A stretch of DNA of 20,000 nucleotides from an uncultured virus (IMG/VR IMGVR_UViG_3300035662_000021). Its lineage: Duplodnaviria; Heunggongvirae; Uroviricota; Caudoviricetes. Positions within the stretch are counted from its first letter, which is position 1; each line of letters begins with the position of its first letter. Of this stretch, positions 15,587 to 20,000 are shown one piece after another. The notes beneath the pieces are model-generated. The model ran no database searches and was not told the DNA's origin. It was given only the letters and a program-made list of their open reading frames with translations. The position numbers and the translations under genes are program-made. The stretch lies in IMG/VR virus record IMGVR_UViG_3300035662_000021; one strand, 5' to 3'.

Positions 15587-16435
15587 ATGAAGCTCACCGC
15601 AGGGGCCCACCCCGATCTGTTGATGCCATTTTCAAATGGCCCCGAGCCGCCACCCGAGCCGGTGCAGGGATTGCCGGAACCGTTGCGATTGGCCACCGAA
15701 CGGCACGACGAGGGGCGGAAGGCGCTTGCCGCGATGGTGGGTCACTGGATGGTGCGCAGCAGCCTGAGCCTGGAGCAGCTGTCGCTGATCGCGGCATGGG
15801 GGCTGAATGAACGGGGCCTAATGGACAAATCGATCCTGAGCCGGATTCGGACGGGCGCGAAAGTCCGCGGCGCCAGCCTGCCGCAGGTGGATGCGTTGGC
15901 GTCCGCCAACATGGCGATCTGGCTATGGCAGGTGCGTGGGAAGCAGAAAGCGTGGGCGAAGCTCGGCCCGCACAGCGGCTGGGGCGTGAAGGATGAGTGG
16001 CTCGACAGTGCCTGCTGGCTGGCGCATCCAGACCACCCTGCCGATCCGCTGGAGTTCGGCGACATGGCGGAAGTGCTCGCGGGCTACCTAGACCTGCCGT
16101 ACGTGGGTCCGGCACCGCTGTCGGCTGCTGATGCACGGGTAGCGAGCGACCAGCTGGCCAGGCTGCTGGACCGGCTGTGCGCCGATCGCGGGTGGGGTGC
16201 GATGGCGGGGCTGCGAAACCTGATGGCGGCGTATCCGGTGACCGATCGCGGGCGGCAGCAGCGGATGCGCCGGGTGATCACCGGCGATCAGCTGCTGAGC
16301 GGCGATGAGCTGGCCGGCGAGCTGCATGCGCTGGCGGAGATGGTGCGGCAGGTCAGGCAGCTAGAGCCGGGGGAGTATGGGCCGCGGGAGCTGCAGGCAG
16401 AACTGATGTCTGGTGGCCGTCCGGGTCGCGGGTGA
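15587..16435 (+). CDS. Hypothetical protein with XRE-like HTH, possible repressor/regulator (282 aa)
   Basis: SLSLEQLSLIAAWG...MDKSILSRIRTG resembles XRE helices; no S24 peptidase recognised; start could be the later ATG (MPFSNG). Confidence 0.6.
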   Translation: MKLTAGAHPDLLMPFSNGPEPPPEPVQGLPEPLRLATERHDEGRKALAAMVGHWMVRSSLSLEQLSLIAAWGLNERGLMDKSILSRIRTGAKVRGASLPQVDALASANMAIWLWQVRGKQKAWAKLGPHSGWGVKDEWLDSACWLAHPDHPADPLEFGDMAEVLAGYLDLPYVGPAPLSAADARVASDQLARLLDRLCADRGWGAMAGLRNLMAAYPVTDRGRQQRMRRVITGDQLLSGDELAGELHALAEMVRQVRQLEPGEYGPRELQAELMSGGRPGRG

Positions 16436-16559
16436 CGGTGTAGAGCTCAGCGCCGTTCAGGTGCAGGCTGCAGGGCTGGAACTCGGAATCCGGGACGTGG
16501 AGGAGCATGCGCCAGGCGGCGTCGGCATCCTCGTGAGTGGTGCAGTGGATTTGCAGCAT
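16353..16559 (-). CDS. Small hypothetical protein (68 aa)
   Basis: ATG in a CACC context, divergent from the RecT-like gene; fills an otherwise empty gap, but its 3' end overlaps the convergent gene by 83 bp. Confidence 0.5.
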   Translation of the reverse strand: MLQIHCTTHEDADAAWRMLLHVPDSEFQPCSLHLNGAELYTVTRDPDGHQTSVLPAAPAAHTPPALAA

Positions 16560-16607
16560 GGTGCAGCGGCGGCTTAGTGCTGGTGGAAGTTTCTAGTACG
16601 AATGCAC

Positions 16608-16618
16608 GGGGGGGGGGG
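16608..16618. repeat. G11 homopolymer in a divergent intergenic region
   Basis: AATGCAC-G11-TGCTTGCA. Confidence 0.9.
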
Positions 16619-16649
16619 TGCTTGCAGAAATTGCATAGCCCTGGCGGTG

Positions 16650-16695
16650 TTGCAGAACGGCAACCGCAACGGTATGATGTGGGGAGCCACCACCA
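16650..16695 (+). promoter_or_regulatory. Sigma70-type promoter and conserved leader for the recombination operon
   Basis: TTGCAG (16650-16655), 17-bp spacer AACGGCAACCGCAACGG, TATGAT (16673-16678), then GGGAGCCACCACCA. Confidence 0.75.
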
Positions 16696-16702
16696 CAAAA
16701 CC

Positions 16703-17632
16703 ATGGCATCGAACGCGCTGGCCCTTGCCGGGCCCGCCAGCACCAGCCTCAGCCTGCAGCTCAACGGCATCGAAGACCTGCAACGCCTGGCGCGACTGTT
16801 TGCCGCCAGCGGCCTGTTCGGTCGTTCTGGCAACGCTGAGCAGCACATGGCCGAATGCGCCATCAAGATCCTGGCTGGCGCTGAGGCGGGCTTCGGCCCG
16901 TTCGCCAGTGCCGGCGGCGTGACCGTGATCAACGGCCGGCCGGGATTCGGCAGCAACCTGCTGGCGCAAGCGATCAAGCGGCACCCGCAGTATGACTACC
17001 GGGTGCTGGAAAAGACCGATCAGGCCTGCAAGATCAAGTTCATGGCCGGCCGGGAAGAACTGGGCATCGAGTGGTTCACGATGGAGATGGCCAGGCGTGC
17101 CGGGCTGGTGAAGGCCTCCGGCCCGTGGGCGCAGTACCCCGAGGCGATGCTGTTCGCCCGGTGCCTGTCGGCCGGGATGCGGACGCACTGCCCTGATGCC
17201 CTTGGTGGTGTCTCGGCGTACACGCCAGAGGAACTGGGCGCACAGGGAGAGATCGACGAGAACGGCGCTGTGGTTGCGGTGACCGTCACCGAGCAGCCGC
17301 AGGCACCCACCAGGGACCAGTTGCAGGCGCAGGCGATGCGTCGGCTGAAGGATCAGGGGATCACCAGCGACGGAATGCAGGCGATGCTGAACCAGCTCGG
17401 CGGCGAGGGCGCCAGGCTGGGGCAGCTCAGTGATGAAGTACTGGGCAAGCTGGCGCGTGTTGGCGCATCGGCTGAAACGATCCAGCGGTGGAACGCTGAT
17501 GGCGCACCGGCGGCGGCACCGGCGCCAGCTGCCGATGACTCTGTGCCGGCTGAGGTGTTCAGCGAGCCTGGATTCCCAGATCCCGACGAGCAGGACGACC
17601 CGGACGACCTGCCAGCAGCATGGGCGGCCTAA
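16703..17632 (+). CDS. RecT/Red-beta-like ssDNA annealing protein (309 aa)
   Basis: KILAGAEAGFGP...VINGRP...FTMEMARRAGL...WAQYPEAMLFAR...PDALGG..YTPEEL; acidic C-terminal tail; adjacent to SSB. Confidence 0.82.
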   Translation: MASNALALAGPASTSLSLQLNGIEDLQRLARLFAASGLFGRSGNAEQHMAECAIKILAGAEAGFGPFASAGGVTVINGRPGFGSNLLAQAIKRHPQYDYRVLEKTDQACKIKFMAGREELGIEWFTMEMARRAGLVKASGPWAQYPEAMLFARCLSAGMRTHCPDALGGVSAYTPEELGAQGEIDENGAVVAVTVTEQPQAPTRDQLQAQAMRRLKDQGITSDGMQAMLNQLGGEGARLGQLSDEVLGKLARVGASAETIQRWNADGAPAAAPAPAADDSVPAEVFSEPGFPDPDEQDDPDDLPAAWAA

Positions 17633-17677
17633 TCGGCTGCCCTGCTGCGATGCTGTTTAGAAACCACAACACTCACC

Positions 17678-18127
17678 ATGAACGCTCTAGTCCAGACCCT
17701 GCTCCGCGCCCAGACCTACAGCTTCCGTGGCCGACTGGCTGCAGACCCTGAGATCAAGTACCTCGCCAACTCCATGGTGGCCAACGCCAAGATTGCAGTT
17801 GATAACCCTGAAAAGAAGGGTCGTGATGACGGCAAGGAGCCTGATTGGCTGAAGCTTGAAATCTGGTTTGAACCAGCTGAAGAGTTCGCCAACAACGCCA
17901 GGAAAGGCCAGTTGATCGACTGCAGCGGCCGGATCCGTTTCGAGTCGTGGACCGATAAGCAGACCGGCGAACCGCGCCACCAGCCGGTGTTGAAGATGCA
18001 CAGCTGGTCACCGGTTGACACTGCCGCGCCGGCCGCTGCTGCCAGGCCTGCCGCCCCGGCGCCCGCTGGTGGGTCGGTGTGGGAGTCAAGCGGCGGCGAC
18101 GTTAGTGACGACGACATTCCGTTCTGA
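17678..18127 (+). CDS. ssb: Single-stranded DNA-binding protein
   Basis: GRLAADPE, RKGQLI..SGRIRFESWTDKQTGE OB-fold motifs; C-terminal DDDIPF. Confidence 0.95.
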   Translation: MNALVQTLLRAQTYSFRGRLAADPEIKYLANSMVANAKIAVDNPEKKGRDDGKEPDWLKLEIWFEPAEEFANNARKGQLIDCSGRIRFESWTDKQTGEPRHQPVLKMHSWSPVDTAAPAAAARPAAPAPAGGSVWESSGGDVSDDDIPF

Positions 18128-18129
18128 TC

Positions 18130-18402
18130 ATGCAATTAGCAGCACTACGGGCAACCCTCGACGAGATCCTTACCGAAGCTGCTGCAGACCTGGACCGCCA
18201 GGCTGCAGCACGTGCGGCGGAAGTAGCTGAAGCGCTGGAGCAGCACACACCAGCGGCGGTAACAGCAGCCGTCAGCGATGCACTGGCCCAGCAACGGCAA
18301 TGGTTCGCTGATCTGATCAATGAACAGCTCGGCTACCTGGAACGCCACAGCACTGCAGCAACGCTGCTTCGGCATCTGCGCGGGGTGGTGGCAAATGACT
18401 GA
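18130..18402 (+). CDS. Hypothetical helical protein (90 aa)
   Basis: Starts 2 bp after the ssb stop; overlaps the next start. Confidence 0.7.
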   Translation: MQLAALRATLDEILTEAAADLDRQAAARAAEVAEALEQHTPAAVTAAVSDALAQQRQWFADLINEQLGYLERHSTAATLLRHLRGVVAND

Positions 18403-18601
18403 CCCCAGCACGATCGCCGCGATGGAGCGGCTGAGAACTACACCACCAACCAGTGATCAGGCGATGAGCAACAGTGAAACCCGTCGGCTGACGGTGGTGC
18501 TTCCGCTGCCGGAAGTGGAGCGTCTGCGGGCACACCTGCATCCTGGCGAATCGATGTCCGACCTGCTGCGGCGTGTGCTGCAGGAGGTGGGGCGTGGCTG
18601 A
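18395..18601 (+). CDS. Small RHH (CopG-like) DNA-binding protein (68 aa)
   Basis: TRRLTVVLPLPEVERLRAHLHPGESMSDLLRRVLQE strand-helix-helix pattern. Confidence 0.7.
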   Translation: MTDPSTIAAMERLRTTPPTSDQAMSNSETRRLTVVLPLPEVERLRAHLHPGESMSDLLRRVLQEVGRG

Positions 18602-18830
18602 TGTGATCTACATGGCCGACCGCTGGCGCATCGAGCGGGACCCGACCATGGCACCCCGGCCTGATCTGGTTCGGTTTGTTAAGCACAGCACCGTGCGCAA
18701 GCTGCTGGATCAAACCGCTAGGTGGACGGGCGATGGCTGGGATCCGCAACGGTGGGTGCCACGGGTGCCGATCGTGCCCCAGACCATCCTCGACCTGGTG
18801 GAGCAGCGCATGCGGGGGGTGGGGACATGA
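18594..18830 (+). CDS. Hypothetical protein (78 aa)
   Basis: GTG at 18594 preceded by GGAGGTGG; ATGA overlap with the next gene. Confidence 0.65.
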   Translation: MADVIYMADRWRIERDPTMAPRPDLVRFVKHSTVRKLLDQTARWTGDGWDPQRWVPRVPIVPQTILDLVEQRMRGVGT

Positions 18831-19444
18831 AAGAACGCCCGATCCTATTCAGCGGCCCGATGGTGCGGGCCATCCTCGACGGCAGCAAGACTCAGACGCG
18901 GAGGGTGGTGAAACCGGTCCGTCGTTATGAGCACAACAACATCTGCCGCCCCGATCTAGTTGAAGACCCCTATGCCGTTTGGTGGCATGGAGTAAGTGAG
19001 AACGTTGGATGTTTCCAAATATGCCCCCACGGCGCCCCCGGCGACCGGCTGTGGGTACGGGAGACGTTCGCCATGAACAAAGCCAAAGCAGGCCCGCCGG
19101 TGGTCTATCGCGCTGATCACGGGGAGGCGCAATCTGTTTTCGTTGAGCGTCCCCACTCGGCTGAATGGGATGTTGTCGTCACACGCTGGCGCCCGTCGAT
19201 CTTCATGCCCCGAGCCGCATCGCGGATTCTGCTGGAGATCACCGACGTTCGCGTGCAGCGGCTGCAGGAGATCAGCGAAGCGGATGCACGGGCGGAAGGT
19301 GTAACGCCAAACGCATTTGAACAAACGTCCGATAACTGGGGCGGCGTGCTTTACCGCCGGCTTTGGGAGCAGATCAACGGCCCCGGATCATGGGACGCCA
19401 ACCCGTGGGTGTGGGCGATCACGTTTCAGATGTTGGAACCATGA
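18827..19444 (+). CDS. ASCH/PUA-like conserved phage protein (205 aa)
   Basis: MKERPILFSGPMVRAILDGSKTQTRR, GDRLWVRETF, WRPSIFMPRAASRILLEITDVRVQRLQEISEADARAEG, WDANPWVWAITF. Confidence 0.85.
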   Translation: MKERPILFSGPMVRAILDGSKTQTRRVVKPVRRYEHNNICRPDLVEDPYAVWWHGVSENVGCFQICPHGAPGDRLWVRETFAMNKAKAGPPVVYRADHGEAQSVFVERPHSAEWDVVVTRWRPSIFMPRAASRILLEITDVRVQRLQEISEADARAEGVTPNAFEQTSDNWGGVLYRRLWEQINGPGSWDANPWVWAITFQMLEP

Positions 19445-19536
19445 CCCTCTCCATCCTCGCCGGCATGGTCGAGATCCTCGCCACCCTGGCCACGTCGCTG
19501 TGGTGGGCCCTATGTGAGCGGTTGGTGGGGGAGTGA
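19441..19536 (+). CDS. Small hydrophobic peptide (31 aa), absent from the ORF track
   Basis: MTLSILAGMVEILATLATSLWWALCERLVGE; ATGA overlap upstream, TGATG overlap downstream. Confidence 0.6.
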   Translation: MTLSILAGMVEILATLATSLWWALCERLVGE

Positions 19537-19682
19537 TGGCCTGGTACACCCCACCCGCGATCCTCGCCGCACTGCGCGGCTATCAGCCCTCCGCCGGCAC
19601 TGGCGGGTTCCTGCTGCAGGCGCCAGCTCCAGGCCCGGTGCTGGCCAATCCGCCGTTCAGTGTGGAGGCCTGCCGTGTTTAA
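19536..19682 (+). CDS. 48-aa microprotein made of adenine-MTase motifs X, I and IV, absent from the ORF track
   Basis: MAWYTPPAILAALRGYQPSAGTGGFLLQAPAPGPVLANPPFSVEACRV; TGATG coupling upstream with a purine-rich GGGGGAG RBS; 8-bp overlap with the downstream MTase start. Confidence 0.65.
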   Translation: MAWYTPPAILAALRGYQPSAGTGGFLLQAPAPGPVLANPPFSVEACRV

Positions 19683-20000
19683 CCCCGACTTCTACCCCAC
19701 GCCGCCCGAAGTGGCGGCCACCATGCTTGACCCACTCGACCTGCGCGGCCGGGTGGTGGTGGAGCCTTCCGCCGGCTCGGGCAACCTGGTGCAGGCCTGC
19801 CTAGAACGCGGCGCCGCCGAAGTGCTTATGGTTGAGCCTGAGCCGAAGCTGCGGGCGATCCTGGCGGCCATCCCCAACGGCCGCCTGATCGCCGCGGACT
19901 GGCTCACGGTGACGGCCGAGCAGATCAGCCACGTCGATCTGATCGTGATGAACCCGCCGTTCTCGGCCGATGAGCGGCACATCCTGCACGCCTGGGAGAT
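19675..20000 (+). CDS. Gamma-class N6-adenine DNA methyltransferase (DUF4942-associated type), truncated by the window end
   Basis: GTG start 6 nt after GGAGG; MFNPDFYPTP (motif X), VEPSAGSGNL (motif I), DLIVMNPPFS (motif IV), HILHAWE; open to 20000. Confidence 0.88.
   Translation, partial: MFNPDFYPTPPEVAATMLDPLDLRGRVVVEPSAGSGNLVQACLERGAAEVLMVEPEPKLRAILAAIPNGRLIAADWLTVTAEQISHVDLIVMNPPFSADERHILHAWE

Larger units (their letters stand above)
1..20000. mobile_element. Tailed dsDNA phage or prophage segment (packaging, replication, lysis and recombination modules)
   Basis: Terminase, primase-helicase, endolysin, RecT-like, SSB, VRR-NUC and many small ORFs joined by ATGA/GTGA overlaps. No integrase or att site in the window, so free phage and prophage cannot be distinguished. 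Confidence 0.97.

Noticed and set aside
19536..20000. Mini-MTase and MTase as a DGR template/variable repeat pair or a frameshifted single gene
   Set aside because: DNA similarity is limited to short motif patches, differences are not adenine-specific, no reverse transcriptase is present, and the downstream gene has its own motifs X, I and IV and its own RBS.
1..20000. tRNA, rRNA, integrase, att sites and HIP1 (GCGATCGC) enrichment
   Set aside because: None recognised by eye; tRNAscan-SE, Infernal and k-mer counts would be needed to exclude them formally.

Overview
The whole window is part of a GC-rich tailed dsDNA phage or prophage. The ThyX type and the start-codon contexts suggest a picocyanobacterial (Synechococcus/Cyanobium-like) host, but this is inference. 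Left to right: (i) a minus-strand packaging block (small ORFs, TerL, probable TerS, ParB-like/DNA methyltransferase fusion, metallophosphoesterase); (ii) an iteron-rich probable replication origin just downstream of an AEP primase-PriCT-SF3 helicase gene, with a PD-(D/E)XK protein and a tandem ribbon-helix-helix (RHH) regulator upstream; (iii) a divergent plus-strand operon (SF2 helicase, PAPS-reductase-fold protein, HTH protein); (iv) an inverted minus-strand lysis block (membrane-HTH protein, small membrane protein, GH24 lysozyme-L,D-transpeptidase fusion, HNH, ThyX); (v) plus-strand recombination/early genes (VRR-NUC, XRE-like, RecT-like, SSB, RHH, ASCH-like, and a truncated N6-adenine methyltransferase). 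The most unusual item is an unannotated 48-aa ORF (19536-19682) built almost only from methyltransferase motifs X, I and IV and overlapping the start of a conventional MTase gene. Also notable are a family of promoter/operator/leader motifs shared across divergent control regions, a terminator placed in front of the lysis genes, and a G11 tract in a divergent promoter region. All family assignments are by-eye motif recognition; no searches were run.
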